Positions 25,451 to 38,637 of a DNA stretch of 64,000 nucleotides are shown one piece after another. How positions within the stretch are numbered: the first letter of the stretch is position 1; every line of letters begins with the position of its first letter. The DNA is from Octopus sinensis (lineage: Eukaryota). The stretch lies in assembly GCF_006345805.1 (NCBI RefSeq), contig NC_042997.1, positions 117,180,001-117,244,000 of the forward strand, given 5' to 3'. Under the pieces are notes generated by a model that saw only the letters and a program-made list of their open reading frames with translations, did not search any database and was not told where the DNA came from. Made by a program: the position numbers and the translations under genes.

Positions 25451-25993
25451 AATGTTTTTATCGATGATATAGATGAACACCTTCTATTCAGATTTGCTAT
25501 TCTTGTGCCTAAATCAGGAACAATTCTTGCTAAAAAGACTATAAATTATCCGTTTTCCGAAATAACAGATTAAAAATCTAATTGATTGTTTTTATATACT
25601 TAGAAGAAAGCGAGTCTAATAAAAATATTAGGCAATATATCTGTGTATTTGAATTATTTGGTTCACATAAAATAAACACATTTTCTTTAGTAATTCTTTA
25701 TATTGAGTAACTGTGGGAGACTGCACTAAAAATAGAACAGCAGCAAATAATTTTAAGGCTGAAAATGTTTCATTGAGATATGGATCCAGGTTCGTCAGGA
25801 AAAAAATATTGGTAAAATTCTAATTATACAGCTAAAAGATAGAGATTGAAACTTAGTAAAGTAAATAGAAATTTGTCTACCACAGCATCTTGTTCCCAGC
25901 ATTGTATCGTAAAGAAGTTTAAATCTTGAGTAAGACATGTAACGCATTATCATTTCTGCTTGTCTGCATCATGACCTTTTAGTATACGGAGAC

Positions 25994-25994
<1 letters not shown>

Positions 25995-26024
<30 letters not shown>

Positions 26025-26031
26025 TAGATAA

Positions 26032-26077
<46 letters not shown>

Positions 26078-26160
26078 TGGTAGATAGATAGATAGATAGA
26101 TTGGTAGATAGATAGATAGATAGATATATAGATTGGTAGATAGATAGATAGACAGACAGA
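25995..26160. repeat. (AGAC)n/(AGAT)n tetranucleotide repeat
   Basis: Directly visible. Confidence 0.96.
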
Positions 26161-26227
26161 TTTATCTACATCGGTTTCTACAGATATTATTTCACCATCT
26201 CTAAATCTTCAAAATTCTTATACATTC

Positions 26228-26889
<662 letters not shown>

Positions 26890-26891
<2 letters not shown>

Positions 26892-27082
26892 TTCGTACCT
26901 GTGTTTGCCCCCAATACTGCTTGACAGCCGATGTTGGTGAGTTTGAGCCCACGTTACTTAGCGGTTCGGCAAAAGAGATCGATAGCATAAGTGCCAGGCT
27001 TAACAAAATATAAGTACTGATGTTGATTCATTCGACTAAAAAATTTTCAAGGTGGGACCCCAGCATGGCCGCAGTGTAATGA
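26890..27082 (+). mobile_element. SINE family A, 3' half
   Basis: gcttgacagccgatgttggtg..cttagcggttcggcaaaagagatcgatag..cagcatggccgcagt. Confidence 0.85.
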
Positions 27083-27464
27083 CACTCACCGCTAATCAAA
27101 CCGAAGCTACGCTAGTCTTCGCTCTCTTAATACGTTGCACACTACGGATACAATCCGTAACCGAGTCATTGCAAATGAGCCTCTTTCCCGTGCGAATACG
27201 CCTGCAGCATAAGTTTGCAATTTATTCTTGCAGGTTACTTGTTGTTCAGCACTTTGAATCACGCAAGCATAGATTTGCAGGGATTAAAGAGACTGAAAAA
27301 ACATTGGCATTTATCGTCAGACAATTTGGCTGCAATTGATACGAGGCTCGAGTGCCGAGAGAGTGTGTTTCTTGTTTTGTTTTGCTTTGGTTATTTTCAC
27401 TGTCAAATGAACGTTTACGTGAGTGTATTTGCTTTTAGTATGGTTTAAACATGCAAAAATTCTC

Positions 27465-27565
27465 TCTCTTCCTCTGTTTCTCCCTTTCTCTCTCTTTCTC
27501 ACCCTCTCTCTCTCTTTCTCATCCTCTCTCTCTTTCTCAAACTCTCTCTCTCTTTCTGACACACT
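27465..27565. repeat. (CT)n-rich tract
   Basis: Directly visible. Confidence 0.9.
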
Positions 27566-27621
27566 CTTTCCTTCGGTCTATACTCTTTCCTTCGGTCTGT
27601 CTATAGGTCTGTATTATTATG

Positions 27622-28070
27622 CGCAGGCATGGCCGTGAGGTAAGAAGCTTGATTCCCAACACCATGGTTCAGGGTACTGTTCCACTGCGTAACACCTTGG
27701 GAAAGCGTCTTCTACTATAACCTTGTGAGTGAATTTGGTGGACGGAAACTGAAAGAAGCCCGTCGTATACATATATATATAGAGAGAGTGCTCCAGCTTG
27801 ATCACGAGCAAATTACGGAAACAAGTAAAAGAATAAAAGAATAGACATACATATGGGTGTGTGTATGCGTGTGAATGTGTGTGCATGTGTTTGTCTGTCT
27901 GTCTGTCTATGTGGCCCTCAACACTGGTGTTGTAAATTAGCGGATCGGCAAAAGAGACGGATAGAATGAGGTACCAATCTTTGAAACGAAGTACGTACAG
28001 TGGTCGATTCGTTCGGCTAAAAATTCTTCAAGGCGGTACGTCAGCACGGCTGCAATCTAATGCCTGAAAA
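27622..28070 (+). mobile_element. SINE family A fragments (5' half 27622-27780, tail piece, decayed 3' half 27890-28070)
   Basis: gcgcaggcatggccgtgaggtaagaagc..caccttgggaaagcgtcttctac..gaaactgaaagaagcccgtcgta; gcggatcggcaaaagagacggatagaat. Confidence 0.75.
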
Positions 28071-28071
28071 G

Positions 28072-28134
28072 GTATGTATGTATGTATGTATGTATGTATG
28101 TATGTATGTATGTATGTATGTATGTATGTATGTA

Positions 28135-28218
<84 letters not shown>

Positions 28219-28260
28219 TGCGTATGTATGTATGTATGTATGTATGTATGCATATATGTA
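28072..28260. repeat. (TATG)n-(TG)n-(TGCG)n compound microsatellite
   Basis: Directly visible. Confidence 0.97.
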
Positions 28261-28947
28261 TATTTAGTTTGAGGTTGGTTATTTACTACGTCGTTTCTGA
28301 GTTTTTAGTTCGTCGAAAGCGTCAGTCCATCAATCTATCGCCGGAAGGGTCGCATGTAGCTAGAAATTATGTCCAACTACAAAATCATTCATCTGCTTCG
28401 AACAATAATTATTATAACACTACGTATTTTTTTCTTCATTTGTGTATCTAAATCTGTGGGTGTGAGTTGATACATACACACATACGAATATATTATTTTA
28501 TTCACATCTAGGCTTCCGACAAAATTAATATTTTGTTTCGTCCGATAGCTCGCCAGGGACAGGATGGGAGGCTTTGATAACAGCTATTTGTATACAAGAC
28601 CTAGATAGAAAATCAGACACGGATATGACAATAATATAACTAACTGTGATAACACGTATTTAATACTTGGCGAGCTCTCGGGGCAAGCGATATTTGTAGC
28701 TTGCTAGTTATTATTGATAAAAATATATAGTTACTCACACTTCACACTTTGTATTCTTTACATATGCGACCTGAATATGTATAGGCTGATAACTCCCAGA
28801 TATAAAATTCTTCCGTCTTTTTTTTTTTTTTTTTTTTGTCCAGTCGACTCAACTCGGAATAAAGCTTTGTCCGAAACTTTGGAAATTTCACGCCCCACTC
28901 TCACTTGTGAGTGGATTTGGTAGACCAGAACTGAAATGAAACCCGTC

Positions 28948-28981
<34 letters not shown>

Positions 28982-29684
28982 CATGATTATATAGTCTACA
29001 TACTATATTCACCGTGCAGTATATATCTGGAATATAATTAGTGTACAATGTACTGAGTTTTGTCTTATATCTTGTGATAAGAATTATAGTATGCGTGTGT
29101 GTTTGTTGTGTACGCACGTGCATAAATATGCATGTATATACATACATGCATACATATGTAAAGCAGAATGTTTATGGGCGCCGTGTTGTATTTGTTTCAT
29201 ATCGTTCTCTTTTACAAGAAAAAATCTTGAAACGAATTTCAAGTCAGAATGCCTAATGCATCTTGAGATGAAACGGCAGCTCGACTATCTAAATCCTTTG
29301 CGGGTTAATATATACAAGAAAATTGTTATGTCATAGATCAACATCAGCTGCCAAGATTTTAGAAAAAAAAATATCTTGTAATGTTGTTTGTAAATAAGAG
29401 TATATAGATATTAAAATAAAAAAATATCACTGCACAAATCATATCTGAAAATTAGTTTCAAGATAAATATCTTTCAAATATATTGGCTTTCAAGTTTAAC
29501 TTATGCCTTGAATTTCATTAATAAATTTCCGTGGCTCGTGAAAATATACTAACAATAAAACATCTTGGCTATGTATTAATTTCAGCGGTATTTCCTCCTT
29601 AGCTGTAAGATATATATATATGATATGATAACTATATAATATATGACATATATAATATATATATATATAATATATGATATATAT

Positions 29685-29721
<37 letters not shown>

Positions 29722-29806
29722 GATATGATAACTATATAATATATGACATATATAATATATATATATATATATATATAATATATGATATATATATATATAT
29801 ATAATA

Positions 29807-29845
<39 letters not shown>

Positions 29846-30169
29846 AGTTAGAGATAAAACCACTATTAGGCAAATCAAACAGAACCAAAACATAGAAATA
29901 AAATTGATTAATACAATATACAAATATATAGAATATAAAATTCAAAATTTAAATTATTTAAATTTAAAGTTAAAAATATATATATAAAATATACTAAGCA
30001 ATATAGGATGAAGTCTCTTACTCTACAGCAAAGGAATTCATCAGGAAGCGTGGGCAGTATATTTTAAAAAAACCGTTACGGTTGCAATATACATCATATA
30101 ATTAAGGGCTAAAGAGGGTTATTCTAAAGCCAAATACACTGTTTTATCCACTTATAATCCGCTTGTTAC

Positions 30170-30551
30170 AGGAAAATTGAAACTGAAAACGGGCAACTGA
30201 CATTTAGAAAATTTAAATTTCGTTATCTCTATATTGAATCAATTTCGGACTTAATCTTATAAAAAAAGATATATTCCTTCTTCAGTAGAACTTTCGATGG
30301 GATATAAATAAAATACTCACGTATGATCATGGAAAAAGCACAAGCTAAAAACATAACTACACTTGAGTACATCACTTATATCTAAAAATAAAAATTCTTT
30401 GGTCAGCCTCAGAAAACAACGTCCAGACCTTTCGCCGCTACAAATTGTACAAATTTTTTTATAAGATTAAGTCCGAAATTGATTCAATATAGAGATAACG
30501 AAATTTAAATTTTCTAAAGGTTAGTTGCCCGTTTTCAGTTTCAATTTTCCT
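30170..30551. repeat. 98-bp inverted repeat (arms 30170-30267 and 30454-30551), 186-bp spacer
   Basis: Manual reverse-complement alignment shows 2 mismatches over 98 bp. Confidence 0.93.
30227..30290 (-). ncRNA. Type I hammerhead ribozyme, apparently intact
   Basis: Minus strand: UUCUA-CUGAAGA-A-GGA-(AUAU AUCUU..AAGAU UAAG)-UCC-GAAA-UUG-AUU-CAA-UA|UAGAG. Core, stem I (5 bp with one G-U), stem II (G10.1-C11.1), stem III (4 bp) and an AUA cleavage triplet are all present. Confidence 0.7.
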
Positions 30552-30552
30552 A

Positions 30553-30574
30553 TATAAAATATATATATATATAT

Positions 30575-30609
<35 letters not shown>

Positions 30610-30614
30610 GTATG

Positions 30615-30645
<31 letters not shown>

Positions 30646-30702
30646 GTATGTATATATATATATGTATGTATATATATATGTATGTATATATATATATGTA
30701 TG

Positions 30703-30733
<31 letters not shown>

Positions 30734-30941
30734 GTATGTATATATATATGTATGTATATATATATGTATGTATAATATATATATGTATGTATATATAATA
30801 TGTATGTATATATATATATATATATTATGTATATATATATATATATGTATGTATATATATATATGTATGTATATATATATATATATGTATGTATATATAT
30901 ATATGATGTATATATATATATGTATGTATATATATATGTAG

Positions 30942-31031
<90 letters not shown>

Positions 31032-31102
31032 TGTATGTATATATATTATGTATGTATAATATATATGTATGTATATATATATATAGTATGTATATATATA
31101 TG

Positions 31103-31137
<35 letters not shown>

Positions 31138-31341
31138 GTATGTATATATATATATGTATGTATATATATATATGTATGTATATATATATGTATGTATATA
31201 TAATATGTATGTATATATATATATATGATGTATATATATATATGTATGTATATATATATATGTATGTATATATATATGTATGTATATATATATGTATGTA
31301 TGTATATATTATATGTATGTATATATATATATGTATGTATG

Positions 31342-31375
<34 letters not shown>
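30553..31375. repeat. About 800-bp (TA)n/(TATG)n array
   Basis: Directly visible. Confidence 0.96.
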
Positions 31376-31875
31376 GTTATTATTATTATTATTATTATTA
31401 TATTATTATTGAGCGAGAGAGCAGTGCATGCCATCAAAGTGACACTGGAGTAAAATATACGAAGGGCAGTATACCCATCATGACTACCTGTCTGATAAGG
31501 GTGGGACTCAGTCAGAATTTTCTTCTGGTTGAGTAGCCCATCCCACTCAAAAGGTCCCTGAATAAGGATTGTTTAAGGATGCTGAATGAACCACCCATGT
31601 TTCCAAAGGTGAATTATCCAAACCTCCAAGAATTTCTTTCAACACACGGCTATGATGCTTCCCCACTACTTCTGTTCATGATCAGAGATGCACATATCGT
31701 CAGCCACTAAGGGACATAGTCAACTGGTTAAGGTCAAACAAGTGACAAGCAAATATGTGGTATTGAGCAGACTATTTGCTGTAGCCCATCTTTTATACCA
31801 AGACAAAACAATGTACATGATAACACTTCCAATCAGTTAAGATCAGAAGCCATGAGGGCCACTGTGTGGTACTGC
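31376..31875 (-). mobile_element. About 500-bp retroposon unit, copy 2 (solo)
   Basis: Aligns with 17882-18395 with an internal deletion of about 80 bp; (ATT)n on both sides. Confidence 0.85.
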
Positions 31876-31882
31876 ATCATCA

Positions 31883-31950
<68 letters not shown>
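31876..31950. repeat. (CAT)n/(ATT)n trinucleotide repeat
   Basis: Directly visible. Confidence 0.96.
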
Positions 31951-32430
31951 CAATTAATAAAGAACCGTGTATAGTGGAACATTATATTCCGTGTTTTTCT
32001 CGGCAAGAAAGCTGACATTAAAAATCTGGCGTCTTTTGTTCACCTCTTTACGCAATCAGTTCAACATTTGCGCGAGTCATCCTTCGACAGTTCATTCATT
32101 TGTATTGAACAGACTTTTCAACAAGATGTTGCTGCTGTGGCTAATAAGGGCTATGGTAGGGTACTGGGAAAACAATAATGTCTTGGTTGCTTTCATGCGG
32201 TCTCTAGGTCATTTTGTCGTCTCACAATTACTGTTACACAACTAGGCGAGGACCTTCGACATTACGTATTCATTTTCTGTAACTTCGCAGGAAGGTTATC
32301 TGCATATACTGCTTTGTTGCCAGGTAACCGCGCAGAATTGCTTTTATTTTACCTTCCAGAATTTCTGACCTTCATTGTGATATGTCACTATCGCCGTTAC
32401 AGTCACTTTCTGAGGCATCAACGTTTTAGA

Positions 32431-32433
<3 letters not shown>

Positions 32434-32503
<70 letters not shown>
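32434..32503. repeat. (CT)n microsatellite
   Basis: Directly visible. Confidence 0.97.
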
Positions 32504-33790
32504 CTATTGTACGCCTACCTCTAAAAGGTGGTGGCATTTTTAAGGGTTCATAGATACGTCTTTTGAAGAGTATACAGCCAATTAGACTGGTCCTTATTGA
32601 GCTGACACCAGATGATGAAAAACAAAAGCCAAGTCAGGTATATCCCATTTTAGTTTAGTTAAGGTGATAATTTAGTCTACATTATTTTTATTGTCACTAT
32701 TTATCCGTTTAATTAATTTTACTAGTTACATAACAAAAAAAAACAAGTATGTAATGTTGCATAAAAATGTATAGTTTCGCTAAATTCTATCAAATCTGGA
32801 ATTGGAAATTCTCGTGGATGTCTGATAAGGTAGTATAGTGTTATGTTGGTCACTTCGCAGTCACCTGTCTCGCAAATCATGAATGCCTTCGGCTTTTGCT
32901 CGTTATGCAATTTCTTATAGTAAGGACAATTTCATTAACTACATTTTCCAATTCAACTAACTCAAAGAGAGACAACGGTATCTACATTGAATTGATTTGA
33001 TGACATTTCATCCAAAGGATATCATTGATTTTATTTGTGGAGAGCTGTATGATGATTAAACTTTAGTTCAAATCTACATTCAGTCAACTTTTTTCCCCGT
33101 ATTCATTTCTTTCATCGTGGTTTCTCCTGCAAATTCATCGTTCTATTCTATCCCCGAGTAAGTTGATTCAACCATCAAACAGTAGAGCACTTGTTAGCCA
33201 CAAATAGTTTGACATTCAAAGTTTTTTTTCTCTCTTTTGTCTGCTTTGTTGCTAAATAAGTTGAATAGATTTCTTCTTGCCTATCGTAAGATACACTACA
33301 CAGTAATGCGAACCTTTGACTTTCATCCTAAAAAAAGAAACGTAACAATTTCACCATTATAATTCTTTGTGATGGTGTATCTGGATCACAACATTTATAT
33401 TAAATTTATATTAAATCTGGTTCACAACATTTATATTAAATCTTTGGTGAGCGCTCTAAAATAACCTCAACGCTCAATGGACTTAATTTCAATTCTCATA
33501 TTAAAGTATTTCAGTACATTGGCATTCCTAGTAATGGAAGTTATAAATTAGAAGTAATACCAGTATGACTTTGAGTTCAATTCAGCGTTTGCTTAAACCT
33601 TTCATGATGAAACAATACTGTCAAAGTACGAAACATTGAAAGGATATTTAGATAAGAACCATTTGATGTAAGTTGAAATAAATTCGTTTCGTATGTGGAA
33701 CATAATAGATAAGTAGGAGGGAGATAGTATAACGTTGCTGTTAAATAAGATATTACTCTAGCATAGCAGTTTGTCGAAAATATCCTATGT

Positions 33791-34368
<578 letters not shown>

Positions 34369-35514
34369 ATTGTACAATATCTGGAATAATGGATCCTGTG
34401 TTTTTACAGATTAATGAATTGACTCTATGAGAATTAAGTATACGTAGGGGATACAAATTTCATATACATGATCCAGATTATATGCTTTTCAGCCTTTTAC
34501 TGGCTCCCTGTCTATATCATAAACTAACAAATACCAATAGCATGATTTTTTATATATAGTTGAGATACAAGGGAGATAATCACATAGCGAACGGAATCAC
34601 TGGTGAAGAAAGATATGAGCAAATTGCTTCGTTCCCATACTGAATTTTTTTATTTCGTTTACTTTATGTCTGGTTTTAAGATAATAATTAGTTCTAAATA
34701 GTAAAGAGATTTCTTTGTGTTATTTTAAAATATTTCAATATCCTTCATAATGAATATAAATTCATATAATTGCTTCAGAAACTTACAAAATGCGCAGAAA
34801 CTTTATGTTGGACAAAATATATATATTTTATGAAATATATTTACATAATCGACTGGTTTCGCTTGACTAAGAAATTATTGATAATGTTATAATTTCATGC
34901 TCTCAAATAAAGATTTCATTCCATGTCAGTAGGAGGAGGGTTATTCTGTAAATGAATCAGGAGGCAAATGTATGTCATATGTTCATAAAATTTCCAATAA
35001 ATCCTATGGGATCGATGGCGAATTCTAATAGTTGGGTTAACAGATTTTATAACAATTTAGAATGTTTATTGTTGGATTTGGACACTGTTTTGTAGCGATA
35101 ATATGTTTTACCGTGATATTAGTCACCGGAATTTCAATCCAGTGACAAATATTTATTCTTTCCTGTGAGAGACGACTCACACTTGGCAATTCCCAAGCAA
35201 ATTGGTAATTACCAACAAATCACACAATCTGCAAGTTTGTTGTGCGTATGTGAATGTCTCTGTTCGTGTTTCGTGAGTGTGCACATGACTATACGCGACT
35301 GGGTTCGTGTGGTGTATGCGTGTATGCTGTCATGTATGTAAATATGTTCATGTGTGTGAGTTATATATGAGTTTATGTGTTCGTGTGTTTATGTGAGCGT
35401 GTTCGCGTGAATATGTATAAAAATGTGTTTATGCTTGCTTATGTGTTCGTACGTATATGCGTGTATTCACGTAGATATCTGTGCGTATATATGTATGCTA
35501 GTGTGCATACAAAC

Positions 35515-35520
35515 ATATAC

Positions 35521-35583
<63 letters not shown>
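35515..35583. repeat. (TA)n microsatellite
   Basis: Directly visible. Confidence 0.97.
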
Positions 35584-35585
<2 letters not shown>

Positions 35586-35749
35586 TTTGCGTGTTTCTGC
35601 ATATATGTTGATATGTGTGTTCTTAACTGGCTTGTTGCCATGCCACTGGAAAGGAATAAGATTTCTCCTTTGCCCAGCAGTAGCAGACAACACGTGGTTA
35701 CTGACAGCAGGACGCTAGCGCCTACTGGGATCCGATTCTAAGCAACCAC

Positions 35750-36040
35750 CATCAAGCAACAACACCAATAATAAAGTAATACAGTCGATCGTAAGTTCGA
35801 TTCCCGTGTGCGCGTTGTGTCCTTGAGCAAGACACTTTATTTCACGTTGCGCTGGTCATCTCAGCTGGAAAAATAAGTTGTACTTCTATGTCAAAGGGCC
35901 ATTCTGTATGTGACGCTGAATATCCTTGAGAACTACGTTAAGTGTTCGCATATCTGTGGTGAGAGTGTTCAGTTACTTGTGCGTTAATTTTAGAGTTTCG
36001 AATCAACTGAAACACTCGTCATCGTAACCGACGGAGTGCT
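35750..36040 (+). mobile_element. SINE family D
   Basis: B box agttcgattccc, gttgtgtccttgagcaagacactttatttcacgttg, 3' ctcgtcatcgtaaccgacggagtgc shared with 48862-49031. Confidence 0.8.
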
Positions 36041-36049
36041 AGTGGTAAA

Positions 36050-36540
36050 CATACATGTTTACTGCACACGTACACACACGCACGCACATACACATATTAC
36101 ATACATCACATATATAAGCAATACACTACCCGTACACACACAACACACGTACATACATATCACCCAACGCCCAACCTCTCAATACCATATCCCACTTCTC
36201 CTACTAACCTGTTAAATCCACTCCACATTCATTCACACATATACACACACTTATACACCACACATAGGTATCCCCCAACACACACACACACTTTCAAATA
36301 CATAACGGCCATTTTTGCCCTTTCCTGACTCTATAAACAACTTTGTTTCTCCAACTTCTGCTCAGTTACTTTTTGCTTAATTTTTCTTTTCACCTCACCC
36401 CCACCCTTCCCTAGATTTTCTTCCTGTTTCCGACGAAGAGTCATGCTCGAAACGTCATTTCTATTTCTATTTTTCATCTAAAACTTTCACTGAGCGACAA
36501 TCTAATAAGTTAAATGTGTACGTCCAATTGACTTTTGGTA
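36050..36540 (+). mobile_element. Penelope-like remnant with a hammerhead-like motif at 36426-36456
   Basis: GTTT-CCGACGA-A-GAG-TCATG-CTC-GAAAC-GTC, with CTGAGCG downstream. Confidence 0.55.
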
Positions 36541-36589
36541 TTATTTCCTGTTTATATATATAGAAAGAGAGGGGGAGAGGTAGAGAGAT

Positions 36590-37295
36590 GGATATATACA
36601 TATATATATATATACATAATAACGGAAAAATATATAATGACCATTATTTATACCTAGCCTTATATATAAATATGTGTGTGTATGTATATATGTATATATG
36701 CATATATATACATACATATATATACACACATATATATATATATATGCATATATATATATATATATATATAAATATATACTTATATACATATATATACATA
36801 TATATATGCATATTATATATATATATATATATACTTATATACATATATATACATATATATATACATATATATACATATATATATACATATATATACACAT
36901 ATATATATATACACATACATATATATACATATATATATACACATATATATATATACATATATACATATACATATATATAATATTACATATATATATATTA
37001 CATATACATATATATCTACATATAAACATATATATATATTATACATATACATATATATAATACATATACATATATATATATACATATACATATATATATA
37101 ATATATATATATATATTATATATATATATACATATATATATACATACATGCGTATTATATATATACATCTATATATACATACATGCGTATATATATATAT
37201 ACATATATATAACATACATGCGATATATATATTACATATATATAGTACATATATAGATATATATATATATATTATATATATATATACGTATGTAT
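36590..37295. repeat. Long (TA)n/(TACA)n array
   Basis: Directly visible. Confidence 0.95.
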
Positions 37296-37964
37296 GTATG
37301 TTTGTATGGTCATGTACTGTTTTCGTAGTGAAGGAAATATTGCATAACTCCTAGTTTTCCTACACGAATTGATTTTTCACCATCTCTATTAAGAACAATG
37401 AAATCTTCAAAGCAATGGGTATCCATATCGTTACACAAAGAGATATATCCGTAAAGCGCAATATATTGCAGTGAATTCAATAATAACATCATTAACTCTC
37501 CATCTACCCCCACACTCTCTCTCTCTCCCTATAAATATTTGATTTTCATTATTTGATTTCATTTATTGTTGCTGTATATTAAATTTGAAGCGCTTATAAC
37601 ACTTTAAGGTTTCCTTTCACTATAATGTACCAACAATTAATTTGTAACATTCTATGTAATATTACAGTAGTGGAAAAATAGTTAGGATTTCTACCAAATA
37701 TCGCACAGACGGTACCTAACAAGAAGGCGTAAGCTGTAAACGTAGTATTAGACATCATGTAACAATTCCAAAACAAAAAGGAGACAGTGAACAATGTAAT
37801 CATTGCTATACAAAATAATGGTATAGCAACGATTGGAGCACTGCTAATTATATGTGTTCTTGACAAAAGCTAACGTGGGACTAAAACATCAACAATAAGT
37901 AGATGTAATGTTATTTTTTATTGAAGTTTATAGGGAAGTAAATACTTCGATTTTCTGGCACTCC

Positions 37965-37966
37965 TT

Positions 37967-38006
<40 letters not shown>

Positions 38007-38040
38007 TTTCTTTCTTTCTTTTCGTCTTTCTCTTTCTCGC

Positions 38041-38071
<31 letters not shown>

Positions 38072-38085
38072 TCTCTTTCTCATAC
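37965..38085. repeat. (CT)n-rich tract
   Basis: Directly visible. Confidence 0.94.
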
Positions 38086-38169
38086 ACACACACGAACGTG
38101 TATGTGAATAATAAGGGGAATCATTGCTAATTGTAAACTATATATATATGTATGTATATATGAAATTGA

Positions 38170-38307
38170 ATAAACGACAAGTGAATAAGAAATTATGTCA
38201 GGAAATTCATTAGCTTATAACTTCAAGCTCCGATGAAGCTATTGGGTGATACACAGCCACTCAACTATGAGTGCATTGCATCAGAAACAGCTGTTGGCTA
38301 ATGAAGT

Positions 38308-38364
<57 letters not shown>

Positions 38365-38470
38365 TATATAGAGAGACAAAACCACTATTTTGCAAAACAA
38401 ACAAGGAAAGACTTAATCAATACATAAAATGTTAATAAATAGTCAAAAAAACCGCCACTACAATTGTTTC
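38170..38470 (+). mobile_element. Penelope-like remnant with a hammerhead-like motif at 38226-38299
   Basis: AGCT-CCGATGA..GAAAC-AGCT-GTT-GGCT; interrupted by (TA)n; agagacaaaaccactatt motif shared with about 29850. Confidence 0.5.
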
Positions 38471-38580
38471 TTGTCTCTAATTGGTTTTGTCTTAATAAAT
38501 ATTATAATATTTTACTATAAATTGGATTTAATCCTAAAATCGATTTTTTCCCTGTAAATTTGGATTTATTCCCTATATTT

Positions 38581-38623
<43 letters not shown>

Positions 38624-38637
38624 TGTATGTACATGTA

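Larger units (their letters stand above)
29500..30560 (-). mobile_element. Penelope-like element remnants with inverted terminal duplication
   Basis: Set in (TA)n; carries hammerhead motifs at 30227-30290 and (decayed) about 30010-30050, plus a 98-bp inverted repeat. PLE identity is inferred; no RT or GIY-YIG ORF seen. Confidence 0.5.

Noticed and set aside
33380-33441. Short direct repeat of tctgg(a/t)tcacaacatttatattaaat; similar small duplications at about 27563-27598 and 58300-58345
   Set aside because: Ordinary slippage-type micro-duplications of two copies; not CRISPR-like (no unique spacers, eukaryotic context).
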